DNA from: an uncultured Planctomycetota bacterium
GTDB taxonomy: Bacteria; Planctomycetota; Planctomycetia; Isosphaerales; Isosphaeraceae
DNA: 64,000 bases
Direction: 5' to 3'
Assembly (NCBI GenBank): GCA_963823665.1
Contig: CAWGMQ010000011.1
Span: forward strand, 896,001 to 960,000
In this document: in pieces, positions 1 to 10,090 of the stretch
How positions within the stretch are numbered: position 1 is the first letter of the stretch
Layout of the letters: each line of letters begins with the position of its first letter
Program-made: the position numbers and the translations under genes
The notes under the pieces: model-generated
Databases searched by the model: none
The model's input: the letters and a program-made list of their open reading frames with translations, nothing else
What the model was told of the DNA's origin: nothing

Positions 1-2202
1 TTCGTTCTGGAAAGGAATACTCTTGACCTCGCTGCCGGTTTCGGCGTCCCACCAGCCGGCGCGACGGTCTTCAACGACGGTAATGAGACCTCGACCACCC
101 TGGACGAATGCGGGCGGCGCGGGATGCACACCATACTTCGGATCGGGTTGTTGATGCGGCACCGGGGCGAAAAGCGGTTGCGGATTTTCCTCATTTCCCG
201 GGATCGCAAACACCCGGGCGAGCTGATCGTTGCAAGCTGTCGCCAAGCGGTCTTCCTTCTCATTGAATGTCAGGCCGACCACGCGCCTGGGGTGGGGCAG
301 CTCCGGAGTGATGAAGAGGCGCCGGGTCAAATCCCATACGCGAGCCCCCTGCCCGCCCAGCGCCAGCAGTCGTCCGCTCGCGCTCAAGGCCATCGCGCTC
401 GTGGCACGGCCGGTTGTGAATTTGTGTCGAAGATCACCGCTGGGAAACGCCCGAATATGAACCTCGCCTCCCTGCGCCGCCACGATGACGGATTGACCAT
501 CGGGAGTCCATGCCGCGCACGCGGCCTCCAGGTCGCCGTTGCCCCATTCCAGGGCCTCCTCACGCGCCAGGTCCCACACGAAGAATCGGCTCTGATGCGT
601 GATGCAAAGCAAATACTGGCCGTCGGGATGAAATGCAATGTGACGGAGGCCTTGGCCCCCATGCTGAAGGGCAGCCGCCGGTTCCGGCACGAGCCGCGCC
701 CACGATCGCACCCTGACGCGGCTTGCGTGCTGCCGGAAGGGCTCGGAGTCCTGGCGTGCGGCGTTGGCAAACCAGAGCAGCGCGTGCGCCGCGTCACCCT
801 GGCTTGCTGTGGTGAGCCCGTAGGCGGTGTACATGTCGGAAAGCGCGGTTTCGGCCTTGCGCCGCTCACCGGCTTCCCGCTGCCGGGCTGCTTCGGACTC
901 GGCCGCCACGTGGCCGAGCCAGACGGCGGCAACGCTGGCGCCGGCCGCCACCGTCACAATGAGGGCGGCCACTGCCGCCGTGAGGCTCGCGATCAACGGG
1001 TTTCGCCGGCACCAACGCCGGAACCGCTCGATCTCGCCCACAGGCCTGGCGCGGATGGGCTCGTTGCGGAGGAACCTGCCAAGATCTTCAGCGAGCAGGG
1101 CCGCCGTGCTATACCGCGCGGAGGGATCCTTACGCAGGCACTTCAGGCAGATCGTCTCCAGGTCGCGCGGGACTTTCGGCCGCAGCCTGCGGGGCGGAAC
1201 GACTTCCTGCGTTCGCACCATATCGCAGGTGTCGAAGGGTGTGGCACCCTGAAACGGCGGGCGCCCGGTGAGCATTTCGTACAGGATGGCCCCCACGGCG
1301 TAAACGTCGCAGGGCGGGCCAATCTGCTTGCTGATGCCACTGGTCTGTTCAGGCGCCATGTAGCTGGGCGTGCCGAGTATCCACCCGGTCTGAGTCAGGC
1401 TCGCGCCGCCATCGATCGGCTTGGCCAGGCCAAAGTCGGTGATCTTGGGAATGCCCTCGCCGGTCAGGAGAATGTTCGCCGGCTTCAAATCCCGGTGCAC
1501 GATCCCACGCGAGTGGGCGAAATGAACCGCGGCGGCCACGCCCTCGGCGATCTGGGCGGCATAGCGCGTGTCCTGAGGCTTGCCCGCCAAGCTCGCTGCC
1601 AGCGTGCCCCCTTCGATCAACTCCATCACGATGTAGGGGCGGTCGCGGTGGCTGTTGACCTCATAGATCTGTACGATCCGGGGATGCTGCAACTGTGCGA
1701 CCGCCTCGGCTTCGACCAGAAAGCGGCACAGGTCTTCGCTGCTTGCGGTTTCTCCCCCGCGAATCATCTTCAAGGCGACCAGACGGTTGAGCTGAACCTG
1801 GCGGGCCTTGTAAACGATGCCCATGCCGCCACGCCCGAGCTCGCCCAGGATCTCGATGCCCGGCAACCGTTCGGCCGGCAGCTTGGGGAAAGTCGTCGAA
1901 TCGCCCTTCATGGCAGGCGGCACGCGGAACTGCGGTTTCGCCGGCAACGGCGCGGGTGGTGGGGCAGCCGCGATCCGCTTCAGAACGCCATCGACCTCCG
2001 GCTCGCCACCCGGCTGCGCACGGCCGGCGTTCCGAATATCAGCGAGCAGTGGATCCCTTGCCTGGGCCGATCCGACCAGTTCCGAGCACTCGGAGCAAAC
2101 CAGGATATGTTGCCCGAGCTGCTCGGCGTCCGGTTCCGGGAGCTCTCCGAGCGCCAGACGCTCAAGGTCACGTGGGTCAGGACAGTCAGGCGATCGGGTC
2201 AT
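1..2202 (-). CDS. Ser/Thr protein kinase with N-terminal HxxxCxxC (zinc anti-sigma-like) segment, TM helix and WD40 repeats; 3' end lies outside the window
   Basis: Not in the ORF track because there is no stop in the window. Manual translation from ATG 2202: [63 protein letters not shown], then a hydrophobic helix and IAFHPDG/VWD repeats. Confidence 0.93.
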   Translation of the reverse strand, partial: MTRSPDCPDPRDLERLALGELPEPDAEQLGQHILVCSECSELVGSAQARDPLLADIRNAGRAQPGGEPEVDGVLKRIAAAPPPAPLPAKPQFRVPPAMKGDSTTFPKLPAERLPGIEILGELGRGGMGIVYKARQVQLNRLVALKMIRGGETASSEDLCRFLVEAEAVAQLQHPRIVQIYEVNSHRDRPYIVMELIEGGTLAASLAGKPQDTRYAAQIAEGVAAAVHFAHSRGIVHRDLKPANILLTGEGIPKITDFGLAKPIDGGASLTQTGWILGTPSYMAPEQTSGISKQIGPPCDVYAVGAILYEMLTGRPPFQGATPFDTCDMVRTQEVVPPRRLRPKVPRDLETICLKCLRKDPSARYSTAALLAEDLGRFLRNEPIRARPVGEIERFRRWCRRNPLIASLTAAVAALIVTVAAGASVAAVWLGHVAAESEAARQREAGERRKAETALSDMYTAYGLTTASQGDAAHALLWFANAARQDSEPFRQHASRVRVRSWARLVPEPAAALQHGGQGLRHIAFHPDGQYLLCITHQSRFFVWDLAREEALEWGNGDLEAACAAWTPDGQSVIVAAQGGEVHIRAFPSGDLRHKFTTGRATSAMALSASGRLLALGGQGARVWDLTRRLFITPELPHPRRVVGLTFNEKEDRLATACNDQLARVFAIPGNEENPQPLFAPVPHQQPDPKYGVHPAPPAFVQGGRGLITVVEDRRAGWWDAETGSEVKSIPFQNE

Positions 2203-2332
2203 GGACAACCCCGGATGCTCATTACGATTGCCACCGCAACAGTATACGGTCGGTCGAGCGATTTACCCGATAGACCCGATCCCCGTCCACTTCCCATGTT
2301 GCAAGAACTCGACAATACCGACGTGATTCCAT

Positions 2333-2368
2333 TTGACAGTGTTACATTTAACGGATATAACACTGTCA
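2333..2368 (+). promoter_or_regulatory. Sigma70-type promoter overlapped by a palindromic operator, upstream of the MerR-family gene
   Basis: TTGACA (2333-2338), 17-bp spacer, TATAAC (2356-2361). Perfect 11-bp inverted repeat TGACAGTGTTA (2334-2344) / TAACACTGTCA (2358-2368). ATG at 2368. Confidence 0.8.
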
Positions 2369-3019
2369 TGAAGAACGTGGACGACATGCGCTGGACTATT
2401 GAGCAGTTGCGAGAACCGGGTAGCGGCGGTGCTCGGTGCGGGCTATGAGGGGCCGCCGAACAGGCGGGTGCGCGACGTTCCGGACGAGCGGACGATTCGG
2501 TATTACACGACACTCGGCCTGATCGACCGCGCCGTCGAGATGCGCGGGCGGACTGCGCTTTACGGGCCGCGCCACCTCCTGCAGCTCGTGGCGATCAAGA
2601 AGCTGCAAGCCAAGGGGCAGGCTCTCGCCCTGGTCCAGCGCAATCTGGCTGGCCAGACGGACGTCGCGCTGGCGCGTTTGGCCGGGGTCAGCTCGGGTGA
2701 GTTGCCGGCAGCGACGACGCCGACACCCAGTTCGCGGCGGGAGTTCTGGAAGGAGGCACCTGCGCCGTCCAGCGCGCCAGAACGTGACGCAACCGAATCG
2801 CTTGCGGAGGAAAGAATGGAAGCCGCGCCGGCGGCGGATGAGCGCCCTCAGTCGTTGCAGGGAATTCCACTTGCCGAGAATGTCACGCTCTTGCTCGCTT
2901 CGTCGCGACCGCTCAACAGCGACGACCTCGAAGCTCTTCGTTCAGTCAGCCGTCCGTTGATCGATTTGCTGGTCAAACTTGAAATCACACCACCGCGTGG
3001 AGAAAGAGGGTTCCGATGA
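2368..3019 (+). CDS. MerR-family HTH regulator (one frameshift near 2415)
   Basis: MKNVDDMRWTIEQLRE joins RVAAVL..VRDVPDERTIRYYTTLGLIDR..ALYGPRHLLQLVAIKKLQ (MerR HTH). Stop overlaps the next ATG (ATGA). Confidence 0.85.
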
Positions 3020-5391
3020 GCTCACCCCTGCCGCTGCTTCGAGACGATGAATCGACTCCGGCCAGTTTCTCAGTTGGAACCGACGGCTACGACACCGGCT
3101 TCGGGGCTCTTCAAACGGAGCGCGGGCACCTGCCGCTTGAGTCGATGGACGTGCTCGCGCGGATCGACGGGCTTTTGTGCCGTTCCACGGTGCGACAGGT
3201 TTTCGTTAATGCATTCGACACCCCGCTCGAGGCAACGTACATCTTCCCCCTGCCCGACCGCGCCGCGGTGACCGGTTTTCGCATGGAGGTCGCCGGCAGA
3301 GTCATTGAAGGGGAACTGCAAGAGCGCGGAAAGGCGCGCGAAGCGTATGAACAAGCGATCGCCGCGGGCCAGCGCGCGGCGATCGCCGAGGAAGACCGGC
3401 CTGGCGTCTTCAACCTGCGAGTCGGCAACTTGTTGCCTGGCGATCGGGCGGCCGTCGAGCTCACGATGTCCGGAGTTCTCCCATATGCGGACGGCGAGGT
3501 CACGTTTCGCTTTCCACTGGTCGTCGCGCCACGATACATCCCCGGCACGCCGCTGCCGGGACCGTCTGTCGGCGACGGGACGGCTCTCGACACGACCGCG
3601 GTTCCTGACGCGTCGCGAATCATCCCGCCCGTGCTCCTGCCGGGCTTCCCCAGCCCGGTGCGCCTCAGCCTGATGGTCTTGATCACCGACGGCCAGGTAG
3701 GGAACGAGGACCAGCTCCTCAGCACGCTCGGCCGCAGCCTGAAGGGCATTCGTGTTTTCACGCTGGGCATCGATCGGGCCGTGAATGAAGGCTTCCTGCG
3801 CCGTCTGGCCGAGCTCGGCGGCGGCGCCTGCGAGCTCGTCGAGTCGGAAGCTCGGCTGGACGAGGTCATGCAATCAATTCACCGCCGCATCGGCACACCG
3901 CTCTTGACGGGGTTACACCTCGAGTCGGAAGGCATTGCGATCGAGCCGGGCGAGATTGTTCCATCTCGCTTGCCCGACCTTTTCAGCGGCTCGCCTCTGC
4001 TCATTCTGGGGCGCTACCGTGGGCAATCAGAATCATCGCTGACGATTCACGCGACGGATGGGCAAGGGCGGGCGTGGGCGGAAAACGTGGCGGCCACCGC
4101 ACGTGAGAATCCCGCGATCGCTTCCGCGTGGGCACGGGGCCAGATTCGTCAGCTCGAGGATCGGTATGCCGCCGGAGACGGCAACCGCATCGGGCTCGAA
4201 CGGACAATCGTCGACTTCTCGCTCAGGTTCCACGTCCTCAGCCGCTTCACGGCTTATGTCGCTGTTGATTGCTCGCAGGCTGTCAATCTCGGCAGTGCAT
4301 TGCAGCAGGTCGTGCAACCGGTCGAGATGCCGGAGGGGTGGCAGGCTCCCGTTGCGATGCGCACTGTTTCGGTGATGCGCTATGAAGCGTGCGAATCCGT
4401 TGCCGACTTTCACTCGCTGGAAGACTCGGTGCTGGCGCGACCGGCCCGGCGAAAGCAGCGTTTTCGCGATCTTGGAGCACACCGCGCAGAAGCTGTTCCG
4501 CCACCGGCCCAAGTTTCGGCGTCAGCTCCCCCAATGGGCAGCGTTCCCGTCCCGGACGCACTTTCGCAGCGGTTCGAAGTCGGCGAGGTAGTCGGCCACG
4601 GCGGCATGGGGCGGATTTACAAGGGGAGTGATCGCACGACGGGAAAGCCGGTCGTCGTGAAAGTCAATCCTCGCGATTGCTTTCGGCCGGAGGTATTCGC
4701 CCGCTGGCGCCAGTTGAATGAGTTGCTGGCGCAACTTGGGCATCCGGTGTTTCTGCCGGCCATCGACATGGGTTACTCGGGAGACTCGTTCTGGCAGATC
4801 GTGCCCGTCGTCACCGGGGAGAGCTTGACAGCAAGGCTGCGCTCAGCCGGCCGCATGCCGTTCCGCGAGGCGGCGGCGCTCGTGGCGGAACTGGCTGAAG
4901 CGCTTCAGCTTGCGCATGCGCAGGGACTTGTGCACGGTGATCTCAAGCCGGATCACATCCTCCTCGGAGACGATGGTCAAATCCGCGTGGTCGATTTCGG
5001 CGAACTGCCGCTCAGAGCGGCGGATTCAAGACCCGACTCGATGGTGGGAACGCCCGCGTACATGGCACCGGAGCGGGTTCGCGGAGAAGTTGGTCCGGGC
5101 GACCCTCAATGCGAGGTCTACGCCCTTGGGGTGATTCTCTACGAGATCATCACCGGTGTGTTGCCTTTTCCAGGCGCGTCGATCGCCGAGGTTTTTGCCG
5201 CGATCCTGAAGAGCGCGCCGAAACCGCCGAGGAAGGTTGTGCGTTCCGTGCCCGCTTCGCTCGAAACAATTTGCCTGAAGGCGATAGCCAAGGACCGGGC
5301 CGTCCGATACGCGACGGCGGGTGAGCTTGCCGCCGCGCTCCGGGGTGTTCTCGCCCCGGCGCGGCGTAAGGGCTTCTGGAAGGCGACGTGA
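3016..5391 (+). CDS. VIT domain - partial vWA domain - C-terminal Ser/Thr kinase fusion protein
   Basis: VIT: QVFVN..LEATYIFPLP..AAVTGF..GKAREAYEQA..FNLRVGNL. vWA C-half: LITDGQVGNE..VFTLGID..FLRRLA. Kinase: GHGGMG, VVVK, HGDLKPDH, DFG, GTPAYMAPE. Confidence 0.88.
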   Translation: MSSPLPLLRDDESTPASFSVGTDGYDTGFGALQTERGHLPLESMDVLARIDGLLCRSTVRQVFVNAFDTPLEATYIFPLPDRAAVTGFRMEVAGRVIEGELQERGKAREAYEQAIAAGQRAAIAEEDRPGVFNLRVGNLLPGDRAAVELTMSGVLPYADGEVTFRFPLVVAPRYIPGTPLPGPSVGDGTALDTTAVPDASRIIPPVLLPGFPSPVRLSLMVLITDGQVGNEDQLLSTLGRSLKGIRVFTLGIDRAVNEGFLRRLAELGGGACELVESEARLDEVMQSIHRRIGTPLLTGLHLESEGIAIEPGEIVPSRLPDLFSGSPLLILGRYRGQSESSLTIHATDGQGRAWAENVAATARENPAIASAWARGQIRQLEDRYAAGDGNRIGLERTIVDFSLRFHVLSRFTAYVAVDCSQAVNLGSALQQVVQPVEMPEGWQAPVAMRTVSVMRYEACESVADFHSLEDSVLARPARRKQRFRDLGAHRAEAVPPPAQVSASAPPMGSVPVPDALSQRFEVGEVVGHGGMGRIYKGSDRTTGKPVVVKVNPRDCFRPEVFARWRQLNELLAQLGHPVFLPAIDMGYSGDSFWQIVPVVTGESLTARLRSAGRMPFREAAALVAELAEALQLAHAQGLVHGDLKPDHILLGDDGQIRVVDFGELPLRAADSRPDSMVGTPAYMAPERVRGEVGPGDPQCEVYALGVILYEIITGVLPFPGASIAEVFAAILKSAPKPPRKVVRSVPASLETICLKAIAKDRAVRYATAGELAAALRGVLAPARRKGFWKAT

Positions 5392-5548
5392 ATTTGTGAT
5401 TTCGACGTCAAGTCGGCAACTTCGACCGTTTTCAGGGCATCCCGAGGGTTGCAGCCGAAGGCCTGCTCGGGTAGCGTCGAATGGCTGTGGATAGCGAGCG
5501 CTGGCTGTGCAGGCGCGTCGTGATTTCGCGAAGGGGAAAGGCGGCCTC

Positions 5549-6139
5549 ATGCCGGATCAGGACGGTGGCGGAAATCGCGGGCGGCGCGGACCTTCGGGTG
5601 GCCGGCGGCAATGGCAAGGGCGGCGCGGGCCCGCTTCCGGTCACGGCGGCGCCTCGCGAACACGGCAGCGGCCCGGTGCTGGCGGCGCCCACGGAACCTC
5701 CGGCATCGGGCTTTCGCGACTCGCTAGTGGGGACTTTGAACTGGTTCACCCGCGCAAGGTGGAGGAGACGCAAGAGGATTACGCGGAGGGAATCGAGCTC
5801 TGGAACGAGGGCGACGTCGAATCGGCGCGGGACGCGCTGCGATATGTTCTCTCGGCATGCCATGCGAATTTGAGGGCCCACGTCGCGCTCGGGCGCATTG
5901 CGCTTTGCGAGTTTCGAGATCCGGCGCTGGCGCGGGGCCACTTCGGGTATGCGTTCGAGCTAGGCAAACGTGCTTTGCCCGGTGATTTCTCGGGCCGTCT
6001 GGCGCCGGATAGGCCGGCGAACCGTCCGTTTTACGAGGCTCTGGACGGGCTGTTGGAATCTCTGCATGCCCTCGGCGAGCAGGGGGAGTGCCAGCGGCTG
6101 CGCGAGCTTCGCGCGAGGCTTTCAAAAAGCCGGGATTGA
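5549..6139 (+). CDS. Hypothetical helical (TPR-like) protein with a Gly/Arg-rich N-terminus
   Basis: ORF with GGAAAGG upstream. Helical C-terminal part (ARDALRYVL..AHVALGRIAL..ARGHFGYAFELG). Confidence 0.65.
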   Translation: MPDQDGGGNRGRRGPSGGRRQWQGRRGPASGHGGASRTRQRPGAGGAHGTSGIGLSRLASGDFELVHPRKVEETQEDYAEGIELWNEGDVESARDALRYVLSACHANLRAHVALGRIALCEFRDPALARGHFGYAFELGKRALPGDFSGRLAPDRPANRPFYEALDGLLESLHALGEQGECQRLRELRARLSKSRD

Positions 6140-6235
6140 GATCGAGTTGAGGTTGCCGGCACGGGCAAACTGTGCATTCGATCGAGGCGCGTCGTCGGCT
6201 CGAGGGATTTTTCGACTTTAATGAAATTTTCGGCC

Positions 6236-6264
6236 TTGCAGGGTTTTCACGATCGGGATAGAAC
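6236..6264 (+). promoter_or_regulatory. Putative sigma70 promoter of ispE-spoVG
   Basis: TTGCAG-17 bp-TAGAAC, preceded by an AT-rich tract. Confidence 0.4.
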
Positions 6265-6457
6265 CACCCCAGAACGCTGCGGACGAGCCGGAAGAATCGC
6301 CTGATACTGACGTCGCTTGCAGTTGTGTCGACGGGATGGAAGCCTGATCGTCGAAAAAAACCGCGAGTGAAACGGAAGTGCTCGTGAGGAATTTCAGCCG
6401 TCCGGCCATGGCGGCGGGTCGCCTTCGGGAGGCGCAGCCGACTACGGTGCTCTTGTC

Positions 6458-7354
6458 ATGATCATTCGTTCGGTCGCCGGAGGCGTGGAAGTCCTCGCGC
6501 CGGCGAAGTTAAACCTTTTTCTGGAAGTTCTCGGGCGCAGGCCCGACGGCTATCACGAAATCGAGTCGCTGATGGTCGCGGTAAACCTGCATGACTCCTT
6601 GACCTTCGCAGACGACCCTACGGGGGCGATCAGCCTGCGGTGTAACGAGCCGACCTTGCCGGTCGGCGGCGACAATCTCGTGGTGATGGCAGCCGAACGT
6701 CTGAAGGCGTCGGCACGAAGTCTTCGAGGAGCGAGGATCGTTCTGGACAAGGCGATTCCCGCGGAGTCGGGGCTGGCCGGCGGCTCGAGCGACGCAGCGG
6801 CGACGCTCGTGGCACTTGACCGGCTCTGGGACCTCCGATTGCCGGCTGATCATTTGCGGGAGCTGGCGGCGGAGATCGGCAGTGACGTGACCTTCTTCAT
6901 CCATGGACCGGCCGCGGTTTGCCGCGGGCGAGGCGAGCGGGTGGAGCCGGTTGCTCTCAAGGAACGCTATCACTTCGTCTTGGTTCGTCCGCCTGTCGGG
7001 ATCAGCACGGCCGACGTTTATCGCCGGGTGGTTCCACCCGAGGAGCCTCGACCGATCGGGCCCATTCTCGAGGCCCTTTCGCAGGGTGGATTCGCGGAAC
7101 TGGGTCGAAGCCTGTTCAATCGGCTTCAACCCGTCGCCGAGGCGCTTCGGCCCGAGCTCGTACGGGTCAGGGAAGCTCTGGCGAGTCTGGGCCCGTTACT
7201 GAGCGGGCTTTTGATGAGTGGCAGCGGCTCGGCCTATCTCGGGCTCTGCCCTGATTCGGCCGCGGCGTCCCGCGCTGCGGAGATCCTCAAGACGCTCGGA
7301 CTAGGATGGGTCCGAGTCGTGACCTGCCCCCCCCAAGCAGCAAACGCCCCGTAA
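6458..7354 (+). CDS. ispE: 4-diphosphocytidyl-2-C-methyl-D-erythritol kinase
   Basis: [49 protein letters not shown]. Confidence 0.96.
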   Translation: MIIRSVAGGVEVLAPAKLNLFLEVLGRRPDGYHEIESLMVAVNLHDSLTFADDPTGAISLRCNEPTLPVGGDNLVVMAAERLKASARSLRGARIVLDKAIPAESGLAGGSSDAAATLVALDRLWDLRLPADHLRELAAEIGSDVTFFIHGPAAVCRGRGERVEPVALKERYHFVLVRPPVGISTADVYRRVVPPEEPRPIGPILEALSQGGFAELGRSLFNRLQPVAEALRPELVRVREALASLGPLLSGLLMSGSGSAYLGLCPDSAAASRAAEILKTLGLGWVRVVTCPPQAANAP

Positions 7355-7367
7355 AGGAGTACTGGCT

Positions 7368-8020
7368 GTGGAGATCACTGAAGTCCGCATCAAGCTCATG
7401 GAAGACAACTCGGGCAGCAACGAACGGTTGCAAGCCTTCTGTAGCATCACTTTCGACGACATGTTCGTCATCCGAGAACCTGAAGATCATCGAAGGCGCC
7501 AAGGGCTTCTTCGTGGCGATGCCGTCGCGCAAGCTGACTGATCGCTGCCACAACTGTGGAACGAAGAACCACCTTCGGAGCCGCTTCTGCAACCAATGCG
7601 GGTGCCGGCTCGATGAGAACCGTGCACTCCGCGATGCCGACGGGCGAGCCAAGTTGCATGCCGACATCGCCCACCCGATCAACTCGATGTGCCGTGAGAA
7701 AATTCAGGGGGCTGTTCTCTCCTCCTACGCCGAAGAGGCTCGAGCGCTCCAAGATGCCGGGCTACGTCTCGCGGTACGATGAGTACGAGGCCGACGAGTT
7801 CGACCTTCAGTACGAAGGCCAGGCCGCCGCTCCCATGACGGCCGGCAACGAGCCCCCACTGCGGCGCGGACCGCTGCGCGGCCACACCCAGCACGCCCGC
7901 GGCAACCAGTCGGTGCTCCGCGGCCCGCACGTGGCTTCGCGTAAGGAGAGTGCGTCCGAGGGAATGGTCTCCGACCACCACCACCGTGGCGAGTCGTCCT
8001 CGTTCGGCAGTGGTCTCTGA
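7368..8020 (+). CDS. spoVG: SpoVG-family protein with Cys-rich insert and long C-terminal tail (frameshifts near 7477 and 7738)
   Basis: AAGGAG RBS, GTG 7368: [59 protein letters not shown]. Located directly after ispE. Confidence 0.9.
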
Positions 8021-8127
8021 ACCGCCCATCCACGGTCAGTCTCCATTGTTGCGTCTCGCTCGGATGATCCCTGCTCGGCAGCCCGTGCCGTTCCCATTCA
8101 CAGCCACTGACTGATCGATTGCTCTTG

Positions 8128-8174
8128 CGACCCGGCCCATCGCGGTTTCTCTCGGTGGACCGGGTCGTTTTGTT
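8128..8174 (+). terminator. Probable intrinsic terminator after spoVG
   Basis: Stem CGACCCGG..CCGGGTCG followed by TTTTGTT. Confidence 0.6.
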
Positions 8175-8269
8175 GTGCGCCGGGAAACAGGTACAGTAGG
8201 AATTCTGGAACCTCATTTTTCACGCCGTAGCCAATGAGCCTCGCAACCGGAAGAAAGTAGTGGTCTGCC

Positions 8270-9232
8270 TTGAGCGGCCAGAACGAGCCTCGACCATCGA
8301 ATGCACCACAGGACCGCGGGCCGCACGAAGCGGGCAAGGGCAAGCCGTCGTCCGGGCGTTCGGTATTGAGGGCACGAACCATGCAGATCGCTCGCATTTG
8401 TGCCGGCGTTTATCTAGGAATCACCGCGGTGTTCTTTTCGCTTCAGAGCCGGATCATCTTTCCGGGCGCCAGCTCGCAGGGACAGCCTTTCGCCGGAGTG
8501 CACCCCCGGCGCGGCACCGAGCTGATCACGCTCAAGACCAAAAGCGGCGAGCGCGTCGTGGCCTTGTACGGCGCGGGGCTTCTTTCCGACGGCCGTCCCG
8601 ACCCCTCCGCCGCGATGCGCCGCACCATGATCTTCTTCTACGGCAACGCCATGTGCTTGAACTACTCGGATTCGCAGCTCGAACAGTTCCGCCGGCTCGG
8701 CTTGAATGTGCTCATCCCCGAATACGTCGGCTACGGAATGAGCAGCGGCCGGCCCTCCGAGCGCGGCTGCCAGGCGACGGCGCTGGCTGCGTACGACTAT
8801 CTCGTCGACGAGCGCGAGGTCACACCCGGCCAGATCATCGCCGCGGGTTGGTCCTTGGGCGGAGCCGTTGCCATCGATCTTGCCAGCCAGCGGGAGGTCT
8901 CTGGGTTGATGGCGTTCTCGTCATTTACAAGCGGCGTCGATATGGGAAGACGCATGCTGCCGATCCTGCCCGTCTCGATGTTGCTGCGCCACCGGTTCGA
9001 CAACATTCAGAAGATCACCAAGATCACGTGCCCAACCCTGATTGGCCACGGCCGCTGGGACAGATTGATCCCCTTTGCGATGGGCGAAGCCCTGGCGAAG
9101 AAGGCCGGCGGGCCCGTCACGACGCTCTGGATCGATCGCGCCGACCACAACGATTTCTTCGACGTGGGCGGCGAGCAGATCGATCAGGCGATCCTCAAGT
9201 TCGTCGCTGGGCTGGCCGGAAGCGATCGATGA
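8270..9232 (+). CDS. Alpha/beta hydrolase with N-terminal membrane anchor (start may be ATG 8381)
   Basis: FYGNA, EYVGYGMS, GWSLGG nucleophile elbow, HG.WD.LIP, ADHND. Confidence 0.9.
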   Translation: MSGQNEPRPSNAPQDRGPHEAGKGKPSSGRSVLRARTMQIARICAGVYLGITAVFFSLQSRIIFPGASSQGQPFAGVHPRRGTELITLKTKSGERVVALYGAGLLSDGRPDPSAAMRRTMIFFYGNAMCLNYSDSQLEQFRRLGLNVLIPEYVGYGMSSGRPSERGCQATALAAYDYLVDEREVTPGQIIAAGWSLGGAVAIDLASQREVSGLMAFSSFTSGVDMGRRMLPILPVSMLLRHRFDNIQKITKITCPTLIGHGRWDRLIPFAMGEALAKKAGGPVTTLWIDRADHNDFFDVGGEQIDQAILKFVAGLAGSDR

Positions 9233-9367
9233 GCGATCAACTTCGGGGAGTCCCGCCTCGGACGGCTGGTCGTCGTGGTATTCACTAATCATGGAAATTG
9301 GATTCGCATCATTAGCGCCCGACTCGCGACTCGCCTTGAGAGGCAAGACTATGAGCAGCAAAACTAA
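9233..9367 (+). pseudogene. 5'-truncated BrnT-like (DUF497) toxin remnant
   Basis: Startless frame: FGESRLGRLVVVVFTNHGNWIRIISARLATRLERQDYEQQN*. IRIISAR.AT..ER..YE is the BrnT C-terminal signature. Confidence 0.7.
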
Positions 9368-9623
9368 GGGCGAAGCCGGAATCAAAGCGCAGGCAACGCA
9401 GGATGAGGAGATGCTCCCGGAGTACGACTTCAGTGAAGGTGTGCGGGGCAAGTATGCGAAGCGGATGGCCGAGGGGTCAAACCTGGTTGTCATTTCGCCC
9501 GATGTCGCCGAGTTTTTCCCTGACTCGGAATCCGAGAATGTCGCGCTGCGCTCGATCGTGGACATCGCGCGCAAAACGTCGCGAAAGCACTCTGCCGGAG
9601 TCGCGCGGCCAAAGCGGAAGTGA
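9351..9623 (+). CDS. BrnA-like antitoxin-type small protein
   Basis: MLPEYDFSEGVRGKYA..LVVISPDVAEFFPDSES.N.ALRS, overlapping the BrnT-like remnant. Confidence 0.75.
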   Translation: MSSKTKGEAGIKAQATQDEEMLPEYDFSEGVRGKYAKRMAEGSNLVVISPDVAEFFPDSESENVALRSIVDIARKTSRKHSAGVARPKRK

Positions 9624-9774
9624 CGCTCGGTTCCCGATTCGATGAACGCGAGCGGTTCATCCTTTGCCGCCGAACGAGGCACTCGACAGCGCCCCAGGAA
9701 GCGCGACTGGCCGAATCGCGCGGTATGCTCATGGGAACCGTTCGTAGCGGCCGTGAGCATCTGGGGTTCCGAAT

Positions 9775-9981
9775 TTGGCTGTTCTGCTGATCCTCGGTGT
9801 GATTGCTCTGCTCGGGCTCGCCAATGCGGCCGCGGTCCGGTTGCTTCGCGTTCGAAGGGCCGGCCGCGGTAGGTGGTGCGCGCTGGCCGTCGCTTGGCTT
9901 GCTGGCGCCGGTGTTGCGTGTGTGTTTTTGCTACGCCGGCACGTGGACGCAGAAGGCGTGTTTCGCAAAGAGAATGTCTGA
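9775..9981 (+). CDS. Small two-TM hypothetical protein (possibly a fragment)
   Basis: Two hydrophobic segments separated by a basic loop. Confidence 0.3.
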   Translation: MAVLLILGVIALLGLANAAAVRLLRVRRAGRGRWCALAVAWLAGAGVACVFLLRRHVDAEGVFRKENV

Positions 9982-10090
9982 CGTGCTTGAGATTCGGCGC
10001 TGGATACGTTACCGATAGAAGGGAGGCATCGGCGCGTGCACCGAAGCCGGGATGGCTAGCGTTTGTGCTTGATGCTCATGGACCACAGTC

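Noticed and set aside
124..2448. 774-aa plus-strand ORF
   Set aside because: Antisense shadow of the minus-strand kinase-WD40 gene. Only its last ~25 codons coincide with the merR start.
6265..6457. Riboswitch or structured leader upstream of ispE
   Set aside because: Long leader with small hairpins, but no recognisable aptamer consensus.
7440..7500. Programmed frameshifting in spoVG
   Set aside because: No slippery heptamer, and it matches the window-wide indel pattern.
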